Source: Malacoraja senta | Lineage: Eukaryota | NCBI GenBank assembly: GCA_038087875.1 | Contig: CM075988.1 | Coordinates: 24,120,001 to 24,184,000, forward strand | Direction of reading: 5' to 3' | DNA: 64,000 nucleotides | Part shown: one piece after another, positions 38,158-50,641 of the stretch | Layout: each line of letters begins with the position of its first letter | How positions within the stretch are numbered: position 1 is the stretch's first letter | Made by a program: the position numbers and the translations under genes | The notes under the pieces: generated by a model | What the model was told of the DNA's origin: nothing | The model's input: the letters and a program-made list of their open reading frames with translations, nothing else | The model's database searches: none

Positions 38158-39215
38158 GTGATTGTATTGGTGCCACATCCTGCACCCACACACAACTGAC
38201 TGACTTCATCCGCTTCACCACCAACTTCCATCCGGCACTCAAATACACCTGGACCATTTCCGACACTTCCCTACCATTCCTTGACCTCACTATCTCCATC
38301 GCAGGTGATAGACTTCTTACCGACATCCACTACAAACCTACCGACTCCCATGGCTATCTGGACTACACTTCTTCCCACCCTGCTTCCTGTAAGGACTCCA
38401 TCCCCCACTCCCAATTCCTCCGTCTACGCCGCATCTGCTCCCAGGATGAGGCGTTCCACACCAGGGCATCTGAAATGTCCTCATTCTTCAGGGAACGGGG
38501 GTTCCCCTCCTCCACCATAGATGAGGCTCGCACCAGGGTCTCTGCCATACCCCGCAACACTGCTCTCTCTCCCCATCCCCCCACTCACAACAAGGGCAGA
38601 GTCCCCCTAGTCCTCACCTTTCACCCCACCAGCCGTCACATACAACAAGTGATCCTCCGTCAGTTTCGCCACCTCCAACGTGACCCCACCACTCGCCACA
38701 TCTTCCCATCTCCCCCCATGTCTGCCTTCCGCAAAGACCACTCCCTCCGTAACTCCCTTGTCAATTCTTCCCTTCCCTCCCATACCACCCCCTCCCCGGG
38801 TACTTTCCCTTGCAACCGCAAGAGATGCAACACTTGTCCCTTCACCTCCCCCCTCTACTCCATTCAAGGACCTAAGCAGTCGTTCCAGGTGCGACAGAGG
38901 TTCACCTGCATCTCCTCCAACCTCATCTATTACATTCGCTGCTCTAGATGCCAGCTGATCTACATCGGTGAGACCAAGCGGAGGCTTGGCGATCGTTTCG
39001 CCGAACACCTCCGGTCGGTCCGCAATAACCAACCTGAACTCCCGGTGGCTCAGCACTTCAACTCCCCCTCCCATTCCGTATCTGACCTCTCTGTCCTGGG
39101 TCTCCTCCATGGCCACAGCGAGCAACACCGTAAATTGGAGGAAATGCACCTCATATTCCGCTTGGGCAGTCTACATCCTGGGGGCTTGAACATTGAATTC
39201 TCCCAATTCTGCTAG
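38158..39215 (+). CDS. Penelope-like element ORF fragment: RT C-terminus/thumb, Cys-rich linker, GIY-YIG endonuclease
   Basis: Uninterrupted frame of about 350 aa with DCIGA (remnant of YIDD-CIG), LPFLDL, YKPTDSHGYLDYTSSHP...SIPHSQFLRLRRICS, PCNRKRCNTC and NLIYYIRCSRCQLIYIGETKRRLGDRFAEH. The predicted start codon lies in junction sequence and is not real. Confidence 0.9.
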
Positions 39216-39332
39216 CCCTTGCTGTCCCCTCCCCTTCATCAGCCATCTGGTTGTCTCCTCCCATCCCCCAGCCCTCGGGCTCCTCCTCCGCCTTTTTCCT
39301 TTTTTCCTTTCTTCTCCCCACCCCCTATCAGT

Positions 39333-39360
39333 CTGAAGAAGGGTTTCGGCCCGAAACGTT
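39333..39360 (+). ncRNA. Minimal type-I hammerhead ribozyme motif in the Penelope 3' repeat
   Basis: CTGAAGA-A-GGGT(TTCG)GCCC-GAAA-C-GTT. Conserved CUGANGA and GAAA cores, 4-bp helix II with UUCG loop, loopless helix III (palindromic ACGT), NUH triplet GUU. Helix I is only about 2 bp. Confidence 0.65.
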
Positions 39361-41416
39361 ACCTATTTCCTTCGCTCCATAGATGCTGCTGCACCCGCTG
39401 AGTTTCTCCTGCATTTTTGTGTACCCTTAACAATCTTATATGTTTCAAACATATATGTATATATGACTTGTATGTAAACATATATGACTTGTATGTATAG
39501 AGACGAATGAACATCGTGGAATAAGTTAGAAAATACCCAGCAATTACCCCAATACATTAAGAAAGTTGGGAGACCATCACACCCATCGGCATTATTTAAT
39601 CGAGCTTCCTTCCCACATACAAACTTCACCTTCCGAAACAGAATTTGCAAATACTGCACCCATTAACTGAGCAGGTGAGCACCAGGAACATTAACTAGCA
39701 GCGTTGCGGTTAGAAATGATGACAAACATTGTTGAGTTTGAGAAGTAATTCACCATCAATAATTCACCATTCACCTCCTTCCACTCCTAACCAACACAGA
39801 ATTTGTTTTTTTAAATCTGTCAAGCTCTTGGCTCAGAGCCAGAAGGCAGAAGATTAAAAAAAAAGCAGCTCCATTAGTGCCAATAGGAATAACAAAGGAT
39901 GGAATTCAAAAACATCGCGCCCGACATGCAGGTGGGAAGATGGGACAGCAAGGCCGGGCCGGGCACATTCACCTGGGCAGTGGCGGCGCAGTGGTAGAAC
40001 TACAGCCGTACAGCGTCAGGGACTCGGCTTCCATGACCACTACGGGTGCTGTCTGTGCTGAGTTTATATGTTCTCCCCGTGACCGGTGTGGGCTGCCTCC
40101 GGGATCTCCGGTTTCCTCCCACACTCCAAAGGGGGGTGTGTGGTGTCTGTCTCTCTCTCTCTGTGTGTCTGTCTCTCTCTGTGTGTGTGTGTGTGTCTCT
40201 CTGTGTGTGTCTCTCTCTGTGTGTCTCTCTCTCTCTCTCTCTCTGTGTCCCTCTGTCCCTCTCTGTGTGTGTCTCTGTCCCTCTCTCTCTGTCCCTCTCT
40301 CTGTGTGTGTCTGTCCCTCTGTCTGTGTGTGTCTGTGTGTGTTTGTGTGTCTGTAGTCGGTGCGATTCCGCGCCATATCTCTAAACTAAACTAGATTTAC
40401 AATAGGGAACTGCGCTTTATTACTGTAAACTAAATAAAACTGTAAACTAAAGAGTGCATGATTGAAGCTGCCAACTCAGTGGCACACAACAGGGTTAATC
40501 CCATCTACAGACCACCCCTTCACTCTGCCCTGGAGAGGAGAGAGGCCTGGCTGTTATTTTGCTGACCTATTTCCCGCTGGTCCATCAGAATTGTGACAGC
40601 AGGGATAAAGCTGACACTTGGAGATTGCTTTTAGATTATTACTTGTCTGGTACGAAAAATGGTCACTTGGCATTCCGCCAGCTGCCAAATTCCACTTTAT
40701 TTCATCCCGACACCAAGCGTTTACTCACTCTAAGCTGCGCCGGGGCAGGGTCACCTTCACAAGGGCCCTTCCCGACTCCTGCAGTTTTCGACAACCAGCA
40801 GAGCAAGCATTCACAGCATGAAAAGTCGAAACGTCGCAGTTTGTCACGACAGACTCGGACTGAAACGTCGGCGATAACCGGCGCATTCTCAACAGTTTAC
40901 AGAACTTTCTAACTAAAGAACTTGACATTAATTTTAATCAAGCCATACCACGGGGACTGGTCAATGGATGTGGACGTTTCTCAGATGAGGCAGCGCAATA
41001 TTCAGTAATGGGAAGTGACTGGAAATCATTGCAATGGGTTTACACCATCATCGTGAGGGGGCAGTGTGAGGCTCGCAAATCAGAGTTATCTAATATGCTG
41101 TTCAAATTAAACTTCAACACTGATTAGAATGAGCACCTGCTGGTTGCCACAGCCACATGGAAAGGTTACTTATTCCCATCTCAAACGGCGCCTAAATCGC
41201 GCTGCCCTACTTTCCCCCCCACATTCAGAGCTCAGTCATGCAGCGGCCATTTGGCTCATTATCCCCTTGCCAACAGGAGTTCCTCATCAAAACCTCATAG
41301 CCTCCATTTTCGTGGACACTTGTGATGGCCCTGGCTTTAAAAGCTGAATCCAAATAGCCTCCTCAGCCATTTACCCCTTATCGAAACCCCACAGTATTTT
41401 ATTGAAACATTGGCTT

Positions 41417-41918
41417 AATTCTTGCTATTGAGGGAGTGCAGCGTAGGTTTACAAGGTTAATTCCCAGGATGGCGGGACTGTCATATGCTGAGAGAATGGA
41501 GCAGCTGGGCTTGTACACTCTGGAGTTTAGAAGGATGAGAGGGTATCTCATTGAAACATATAAGATTGTTAAGGGCTTGGACACGCTAGAGGCAGGAAAC
41601 ATGTTCCCGATGTTGGGCGAGTCCAGAACCAGGGGCCACAGTTTAAGAATAAGGAGTAAGCCATTTAGAACGGAGACGAGGAAACACTTTTCCTCACAGA
41701 GTGGCGAGTCTGTGCAATTCTCTGCCTCAGAGGGCGGTGGAGGCAGGTTCTCTGGATGCTTTAAAGAGAGAGCTAGATAGGGCTCTTAAAAATAGCGGAG
41801 TCAGGGGATATGGGGAGAAGGCAGGAACGGGGTACTGATTGGGGATGATCAGCCATGATCACATTGAATGGCGGTGCTGGCTCGAAGGGCCGAATGGCCT
41901 ACTCCTGCACCTATTGTC
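41417..41918 (+). mobile_element. Young CR1 3' fragment
   Basis: ORF 41436-41780 is a CR1 ORF2 C-terminus. Confidence 0.9.
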
Positions 41919-43200
41919 ATTGGCCCATTCATAAGACACAAAGTGCTGGAGTAACTCAGTGGGTCAGGCAGCATCTCTGGAGAACATGGAGAGCTGATGT
42001 TTGAGGTCGGGACCCTTCTTCAAATTGAAGGGTCCTGACCCAAAACGTATCTATCCATGTTCTCCAGAGATGCTGACCTACCCGGATGAGTTACTCCAGC
42101 ACTTTGTCTTTTCTTTTGCAAACTGGCATCTGCAGTTCCTCCTTTCTCCATCAGTCTCACCATGATGGTGTCTATAGGAAGAAGGTTCTCGACCCGAAAC
42201 GTCGCCCATTCCTTCTCTCCAGAGGTGCTGCCTGTCCCACTGAGTTACTCCAGTTTTTTGTGCCTAACTTCAGTTTAGACCAGCACCTGCAGTTCCTTCC
42301 TGCACATGATGCTTTGAGGATGTCTGCTTCCAAGAGCTCCAAATGCAACTTTACTGAGCTTCTATTTATAAACTATGATAATTCCCGGCACATTTATTCC
42401 CACCTGCGCTGACAAGTTACCTTGCAAAGTTTCGGTCGAGACCAAGGTTGAAATTCCTGTTTTTCCAGATATATTTTTAAAAACTTGTTTTTTTTTGTGT
42501 GGGTTTCAAAAATTGCAACCGATTGCAAAATTAATGCCGACACAATCGTCAGCTCCACCCCACGCTGATGTTGACCCACGAGACAAGGACGCAGCCACCA
42601 ATGTTAGACTTGTGCGGGACCTTGCCGGGAATAGGCAACCCGCTGCCATTTTCTCCACCACCGCCCATCGGGAACTCAGAATGGCCCTGCCGACATGCCC
42701 GGTGCGAACTTGCCCAGGTCCCACCCGTCACTGACGTCCCGGCTGGAGCCCGGCGATGGGGCAAAAGTGTCTCGAGTCGTTCTCAGCAACTCCCGCCTGT
42801 GGACCCCGCACAAGATTAGTGTGTGGGAAGGAACTGCAGATGCTGGTTCAAACCGAAGATAGGCACAAAACGCTGGAGTAACTCAGCGGGACAGGCAGCA
42901 GCAACTCTGGAGAGATGGAATGGGTGACGTTTCAGGTCGAGACCCTTCCACAGTGAGAGTTAGAGAAGAGGGTCTAGAGATATGGAAGGGTAAGGTGTGA
43001 AAACAACGACGATAAGGAAATGTAGAATGGTTCATTGTTAGCGGAGGGTGTGACAAGGAGGCGTACAACCAGTAAATTAATCAGTGAAACTATGATTCTC
43101 GATTAGTACGGGTGTCAGAGGTTATGGGGAGAAGGCAGGAGAATGGGGCTAGGAGGGAGAGATAGATCAGCCACGATTGAATGGCGGAGCAGACTTGATG

Positions 43201-43541
43201 CTTCCATCTGCAGCGCGGCGGGGTCTTTAGATCTTCGTCCGCCGGCCTGCGGCCTACACCAACCTGAAGCCGCGGTCTCCGGTGGGGAGGCACCGGTTCT
43301 GGACTTTACCTTGTCTACACATCTGGACGCCCGCAGCGGCGGCTGCGGAGGGTTGAGGTCCCGACCACGGGGGAAAATGGAGGAGGACTGGCCAAATTCT
43401 GTGCCTTCCACCACAGTGATGTTTGTGTTAAATGTTTATTGTGTTTTTGTGTGTTCTTTCTCATTGTACCGCTCGCTGCTGGCAAATTCATTTCACTTGC
43501 AATTTATGTGCAATGTGACGAATAAAACTGATTGATTGATA
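43201..43541 (+). mobile_element. GC-rich short retroposon with a LINE-like TGACGAATAAA-(TGAT)n tail
   Basis: Flanked by TTGATG (43195-43200, 43542-43547) inside a CR1 tail. Confidence 0.7.
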
Positions 43542-44679
43542 TTGATGGGTCGAATGGCCTAATTCTACTCCTTGTGACCTAGTCGGAGGACTGGGATGGG
43601 GAGGGACGGATAAAGCCAACTGCACGGATATCTCCGTTTACTGTTCCGACGCTGTGCTCCTCTCCAGTCTCCCAACTCTACACACACACAGGAACACATC
43701 CCAGGGGCATTCTGGCCAAAGCTGGCCTCACAGCGGTCGTGATGTCCCCATCATTGCAGTGCTGCCGTGACATCGATCTAACCAGCTGCAAACCCCACAC
43801 AGTCAGTCAGCCAGTCGCTCGCACAAAGGTTGCCTGCCAGCCATTTTACTGAGGATTTACTTTAAACATGACAGGCAGCAGTGTAGGACCGGTCCCGTGG
43901 GCTCCCGCTGTAGAGATTGCACATGGAAGCAGCTCTAGACAGGCAGGCCACGCTGCCAGACTGTAAGCAGGCTCATCACTGCCCTCCCCGGTGTTGTCGT
44001 CCCTTGATGTTGCCTCATGTTAACATTATTCAGATCTAAACCTTCTCTCGCTCCAATACAAAACCTGACAGCAGAACAATCTATATTTATGCTGTTTAGT
44101 GTGCTTAAAATGGACACAGTTTGCACATTCCTCCCTTTCAATCACTGCACTGACATGCCCGAGGACGATGCCTTCTCTGGTGTTGGAAATCCAATAATAA
44201 TGGTCCCAGCGCCCAGAGGTTCGCGCGAGATAATACTTGTGGCTCAAATACTGTTGTATGCTGCACTCATTATGCGCCAACCCATCGAAGTCAGGGTTGC
44301 CTAGGAAGGCCATCGTCATCCTCTCAGCTTTGATTACTTGCACTGGCGCTTGTCAATATACCTTCAACATAACCTTAAGGGAAAGACCGAGATCATAAAA
44401 TCGCAGAGTAGTTAATAAATCTAAAGGTCATATCATTGTCAAACACAATATCATTGATGAAATATCACCTAAACTTACTCGGAAGAACACGGATAGGTGG
44501 CGTTTTGTGTCGTGGCCCTTCTTCAGTCTGACAGTCCGAAGGAGGGTCCCCACCCAAAAACATCACCTGTCCATGTTCTCCAGAGATGCTGCCCGACCCG
44601 CTGAGAAATTCCAACACTTTGTGTATTTTTGTGAAGCAGCATCTGCAGTTCCTTGTCCCTACATCTGGACAGACTCCGT

Positions 44680-44707
44680 CTGAAGAAGGGTTTCGGCCCG
44701 AAACGTT
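44680..44707 (+). ncRNA. Minimal hammerhead motif, same subtype as the ORF-linked copy
   Basis: CTGAAGA-A-GGGT(TTCG)GCCC-GAAA-C-GTT followed by GCCTATTTCCTTCGCTCCATAGATGCTG. Confidence 0.6.
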
Positions 44708-45059
44708 GCCTATTTCCTTCGCTCCATAGATGCTGCTGCACCCGCTGAGTTTCTCCAGCATTTTTGTGTACCTTCCATCTTTGGTAACCTCAGCAGTTGG
44801 CTGGGCAAGCAACTCTCTCAAGAAGCATCATGTCCCAAAAAGACAGGGGTGAGAAGATGCAGGGAAACAAAGATGGGTGGGGGCACAAAGACAGATAAAA
44901 GATGTTCCTTTAACTTGAGATCTGTCAGACATTAGACATTTGCAAAAGACATATTGGAACAATTTCCAAGCCAATATTTCTGACACAACCTGTTGTCACC
45001 ATAATGGGCCTGTCCCACTTAGGACATTTTTTAGGCCGAAAAACCAGTGACCGGACTAA

Positions 45060-45379
45060 TGGGCCTGTCCCACTCAAGCGATTTTTTAGGCGACTGCGAC
45101 ATTGAAATTCACCTAAGTCACCTGTCGACAACCTGGCGACTGCCTACATTAACCTGGCGACAACCCACGACAGCACCTACGTCAAGCTACGCTCATTTGG
45201 CGTCAAATGCAAGGTCGCCACTGTCGCTGAAAAATGTTCGGATACGAGAAAGATGTTTTGGGCGACTGAGGAAGCGACTCACGACCATACAGGTGACACC
45301 CCGGCAACCAACGGAGACATGTGGCTACCGCATCGTCTCCGGTAGTTGCCTAAAAAGTCGCCCAAGTGGGACAGGCCCA
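45060..45379. mobile_element. Harbinger-type MITE, preceded by an extra left end at 45005
   Basis: TAA-TGGGCCTGTCCCAC...GTGGGACAGGCCCA-TAA (perfect terminal 14 bp). Confidence 0.88.
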
Positions 45380-45623
45380 TAACTACCCCATCATAGAAGA
45401 TCTGTTTCAACACATGCGGTTTCATTCCCACCATTTTAAGGCACTTCATCCTGAGCATCAAACTTGTTCCCAGCAAGTCATTGCAGCTGCTGATGTTCCA
45501 GCATGAAAGTGAAGTGATCATTTATGGTCCAAGATCGCCTATATTTTACAAGAGTTCAAAACCATGTTTGATTCTGGGCAACAAGCCAACTTGTGTTTAG
45601 CTTCCAAGATCAACCAACATCAT

Positions 45624-45940
45624 GGCGGTCACAGTGGTGCAGCGGTAGCGTTGCTGCCTTACAGCGAATGCAGCGCCGGAGACCCGGGTTCGATCCCAAT
45701 TACGGGTGCTGTCTGTATTGAGTTTGTACGTTCTCCCCGTGACCTGCGTGGGTTATCTCCGAGATCTTCCGTTTCCTCCCACACTCCACAGACGTACAGG
45801 TCTGTAGGTTAATTGGCTTGGTATAAATGTAAACATTGTCCCTAGTGGGTGTAGGATAGTGTTAATGTGCGGGGATCGCTGGTCGGCGCGGACCCGGTGG
45901 GCCGACGGGCCTGTTTCCGTGCTGTATCTCTAAACTAAAC
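45624..45940 (+). mobile_element. Full-length tRNA-derived SINE (HE1/V-SINE-like)
   Basis: Close match to 31348-31670, including the GCGAATGCAGCGCC variant. Confidence 0.9.
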
Positions 45941-48297
45941 CATGTGCAAGCTGCTTGCATCAACCACGCTCTGTGACAAAGTCCGCCTCATGTGGAACAA
46001 TCCTTGCTTATCATTATTGGATTCACGGCCAACTTGAATTAATGGCCTTTTAGTTGAGATTTCCTCACAGATGGAAACATACCCTCTCTTCGTGTAGTTA
46101 TAATTCAAGACACTTCATGCAAGTCACTTTTAAGCTCCGACCTCTTCAATCACCTTGGCACATTCTGGTGGTCCAACTGAGATGGCGTTTCCACATATCA
46201 GCTGCAACCAGCTCTCCTCGGCTGACTCGCTCAGTCCATTCCCCCCCCCTCACTGACTCGGCTCACATGTGAAGAACCCAAGCTGGGCCCACGTCAGCTA
46301 TTCATCATTAGCTGCCTCATGCCAAGAACAGAAGAAGCAGCTGGAACTGCTGCCACAATGTTCGAGACCCAGATTCAACCTTGATCTTGGGTGTTGTTTA
46401 TGTGTTCTCCCGATGATCGGGTGGGTCCCAATAGTCAATAGACAATAGACAGGTGCAGGAGTAGGCCATTCGGCCCCTCGAGCCAGCACCGCCATTCAAT
46501 GTGATCATGGCTGATCATCCCCAATCAGTACCCCGTTCCTGCCTTCTCCCCATATCCGCTATCTTTAAGAGCCCTATCTAGCTCTCTCTTGAAAGTGTTC
46601 AGAGAATTGGCCTCCACTGCCTTCTGAGGCAAAGAATTCCACATTCACAACCCTCTGTGTGAAAAAGTGTTTCCTCATCTCATGGCATACCCCTTATTCT
46701 TAAACTGGGGCCCCTGTTCCTGGACCAGTTCCCCCAGTAACTGGTTTCCTCCAACATCCCAAAGATATGCAGGTTTGCAGGCGAGTGGCCCCTAATATGC
46801 AAGGATGAACGGGTCGTCGATGGCCGGCATGGACTCTGTGGACCGTGCTGTATCTCGAATACAAGATAATAGGAGTTGTTCACTTGGTCCACAACATGGC
46901 TGATCCCGAGGCTTGATCACCTCTTCTGTGCCACTACTCCATGAGTGAGCAGCTTCATGAAAGAGGACAAGTGTGAGCGAGGGGGAAGTTGCAGTTGGGG
47001 GAGAGGGGAGGGGAGGGGAGGGGAGGGGAGCCGGGACAGGGTGGGAACGGGAAGAGACTGGAATCAGAAGTGCCCGCAAAGGCAGTGCGGTCGAATGATC
47101 TCACATCATGTAAATGACTCGGGGCTGGAGTGGACTTGGCCGGCTGCCAAGAGCCAGGGATGGTTGCTTTGTTCCCACCCACCGCTGCATCAGAGTGACA
47201 CTCACACAGCCGGTTTTGTTATTCCGCTTCCACCTCGGGCCAAAAGACCAGTTTGTCTTCCCATGAAGGAGCCCGGATTGTAACGAGCTGGGAAACTGTG
47301 TCATCACACAAATGAAGCCGTCCAGAACAATGAGCCCTCGGAAACCGCACAAGCAGCAGAAATGGACTGCGTGTGTACACATGAACGCACAACACTAGTG
47401 TCAGAGGACACGACAGAGTTCACTATTGTGTAACACCAATCCAAAGCACAAAACTGAACACTTGTCTGCTGAACCCCTCGTGATTAGGTCCAAGGGTTGT
47501 ATTATTGTCACAGGTTCAGTGAAAAGCTTTTTTTTGCACCGTGCGATCCAGTCACCAAAAATACACGATTACCCTAGAGCCGTCCACGGTGTACAGATAC
47601 AGGATAAAGGGTTAAACGTTAAGTACATGTTAAAGTGAAGTCTCATTCGATATAGTTCAAAGGTCTCCAGTGAGGTCACAGAGTGATACAGGGTAGAAAC
47701 AGGCCCTTCGGCCCAACTTGCCCACATGGGCCAACATGCCCCAGCTACACTAGTCCCACCTGCCTGCGTTTGGTTGATATCCCTCCAAACTTGTCCTGTG
47801 GTAGATAGGACGTCGGGACCGCCCCCTAGTTGGCGAGTGAACAGTTCCCCGACTAGAGAGAGAATTAGAGCAAGGAAGAATCATGAGCAGAAAAAGACAC
47901 AAAGAGCTTCCATATTGCCTTTACAGTGAAGTGCTTTTGAAGTGCACTTACTTTTGTAACAATCTGAAAGCTACCATTTCACAGTGTTATGTTGACCAGT
48001 TAACCTATTTCGGATGTTTAAAGGACTAATTTTAGACCTGCATGCTGGGGATAAATGCCCTGCCATTCTTCAGGGAAGAATCTGCAACTTCCGTCCAAGT
48101 TGGTTGTGTTCATACCTCCTTGTGCAAAAGATGCTGTTCCACATTGGGCACCACGTCATGGAGTCATGGAGTCTTGGAGTCCGGAAACAGGCCCTTCAGC
48201 CCAACATGCCCACACCGCCCAACATGGAGATGTCCAATCTACACTTGTCCCGCCTGCCCGCGATCCGCCCGTATCCCGCCAAAACCTCCTCACACAA

Positions 48298-48646
48298 AGA
48301 CAATAGACAATAGGTGCAGGAATAGGCCATTTGGCCCTTTGTGCCAGCACCGCCATTCAATGTGATCATGGCTGATCATCCCCAATCAGTACCGCGTTCC
48401 TGCCTTCTCCCCATATCCCCCGACTCTGCTATTTTTAAGAGCCCTATCTAGCTCTCTTGAAAGCATCCAGAGAACCTGCCTCCACCGCCCTCTGAGGCAG
48501 AGAATTCCACAGACTCACCACTCTCTGTGAGAAAAAGTGTTTCCTCGTCTCTGTTCTAAATGGCTTACTCCTTATTCTTAAACAGTGGCCCCTGGTTCTG
48601 GACTCCCCCAACATCGGGAACATGTTTCCTGCCTCTAGCGTGTCCA
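48298..48646 (-). mobile_element. Young CR1 3' fragment
   Basis: Same subfamily. Further copies at about 19345-19628(+), 20988-21220(+), 33018-33228(-), 46435-46720(-), 53845-54275(+), 57080-57355(+), 61334-61760(-). Confidence 0.85.
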
Positions 48647-48973
48647 AAGCTAACATGATGCTACAATGCTAAAAGCAACAAGGTGGAAGCAACCCTTCGG
48701 CCCACTGAGTCCATGCGACCAACTAGTACACTAGCTCTATCCAACACACGGGACAATTTACAAAAGGCAATTAAACTACAAAGCCGCACGTCTTGGGAAC
48801 GCGGGCGGAAACCGGAGCACCCGGAGAAAAACCCAGAGTAAATGTACAAACTCCGTACAGGCAGCACCCGCAGTCAGGATCGAACCCGGGTCTCTGGCGC
48901 TGTGAGGCAGCAACTCTACCGCTGCGCCACCGTGCCTAAGAGGTAGAATGAGGAATGAAGACTGGCATTCTAA

Positions 48974-49132
48974 TGGGCCTGTCCCACTTGGGCGATTTTT
49001 TGGGCGACTACAGGCGACTGCCGCCAAATTTGTAACGTGTTGAATAGATTTCGGCGACAGTGGTGACAATTTTTGCTGTCGTAGGTGAAGTCCATTTACA
49101 GTCTAAAGAGTTGCCTAAGTGGGACAGGCCCA
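48974..49132. mobile_element. 159-bp Harbinger-type MITE
   Basis: TAA-TGGGCCTGTCCCACTT...AAGTGGGACAGGCCCA-TAA. Confidence 0.88.
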
Positions 49133-49968
49133 TAACTTTGCTGTCCCTGTCCCAAGGCAACCCCTCCAAAGTCCACACGCTGGCATAACGGGAGCCCACT
49201 TATCGCTCTGGTCGACAGCCAACTCACACGCAGTGTGGGAAGGGGCCGGTGTCCCAGTGAAGCGCGCATTCCAGCAAAAGCCTGCTGTCGAGAGCAAGTG
49301 CTGCCAAGTAGTAAATGTCCCATTAGCAATGCATTGCTGCTGTCTGCACCACAAGCAGCTGCAAGACCACGCCAGTCCTGGGTGGTGTTATCTAAAACCT
49401 GCATCGTTCCACTCGGGAGCATATTAAAACAACTACCGAGATGTCCAACAATGGTTCATTATGTTCAATCCTCCATTTCAATCCCTTATTTGAACGTCCC
49501 AAAACAGGTGGAGTAATTGGAATTGCACGGCTAACTGGTTTATCCCCACTGGTGCTAGCCGAGCGTCGCCTTCAATGATGCAGCGTATCTCTGTCATGCT
49601 GCAACCCAAGCTCTGGGAGACTGGGACTTGAAGCCACATTTACAACCAGCGCAGCAAGGCTCATCACACACGCACACACGTCCCTTGTTCACGAGGCAAG
49701 CTCAGCCTGAAGCTGGTCACCGCACGGAGCAGGCAAACTGCGTTGGAAGGAACTGCAGGTGGCGGTTTTTCACCAAAGATAGACACAAAATTCTGCAGCA
49801 ACTCAGCGGAACAGGCGGCATCTCTGGACAATACTAAGCCAGTAACTTTACCACAATGACACTGTACTCGGTAGAAAGCAGGTGAGTGCAGTTCTCCACT
49901 TCAACAAGGCGAGCGTGCCGAGACCAGTTATAACTACTGCTGAAGATGCACATAAAATGCTGGAGTAA

Positions 49969-50444
49969 AGGTCCTGTCCCACGGGCAGGCGGTTACAGGC
50001 GGTAAGCGCGGCGTAGCAGGAAGTGGGGACTGCGCGGCTGCCACCGTAAGGCCTGTCGCACGAGCATGCGGCAAGCGCAACCTAACCGGAAGCGGTTGCC
50101 GCGCGGAGGCCGAGTGTTTACTTTACGGCCTGTCCCGCGAGCATGGTGAGCTCGGCGTCGGGTGATGACGTCATCGCGCAACGCAACGCGCTACGCGATG
50201 ACGTCGAGACGGCTCGCGGCGTCCAGGCGGAGCTCGCGGCGAAGAGGCGGCAGTGGGGCGGCAGGACGTTGCCGCACGAGATTTTTGGACAGTGTCAGTT
50301 TTACTGAGCACCGCGCGGTGTCGGGACCAACTACATACGGTTCCGGCGATCTGCGTGGGACCGACCCCGCGGTCCCCTAGCGGTCCACGCATGGTCCCCA
50401 CTTCCTGCTATCGCCAGTAACCGCCTGCCTGTGGGACAGGGCCA
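49969..50444. mobile_element. GC/CpG-rich Harbinger-type MITE inserted in a Penelope repeat
   Basis: CTGGAG-TAA-AGGTCCTGTCCCACGGGCAGGCGGTTAC...GTAACCGCCTGCCTGTGGGACAGGGCCA-TTA-CTCAGC. Confidence 0.85.
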
Positions 50445-50595
50445 TTACTCAGCGGGACAGGCAGCATCTCTGGAGAGAAGGAATGGGTGACATTTCGGGT
50501 CGAGACCCTTCTTCAGACTTTATGTAGTTATCAGCAACATGGATGTTGTTATTACTGAGCACACACTCAGTGTTGTGTGTCTAGGGTGGGAAGGT

Positions 50596-50641
<46 letters not shown>

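Larger units (their letters stand above)
38143..39423 (+). mobile_element. Penelope-like retroelement (Neptune-type), 5'-truncated, inserted into a CR1 copy
   Basis: Contains the ORF below, then a pyrimidine-rich stretch and the pLTR-type 3' repeat. Flanked by the 11-bp direct repeat CCCTTAACAAT (38132-38142 and 39424-39434). The host CR1 sequence resumes after it. Confidence 0.9.

Noticed and set aside
49969..50444. CpG-island promoter for nectin1
   Set aside because: The CpG richness is confined between MITE TIRs.
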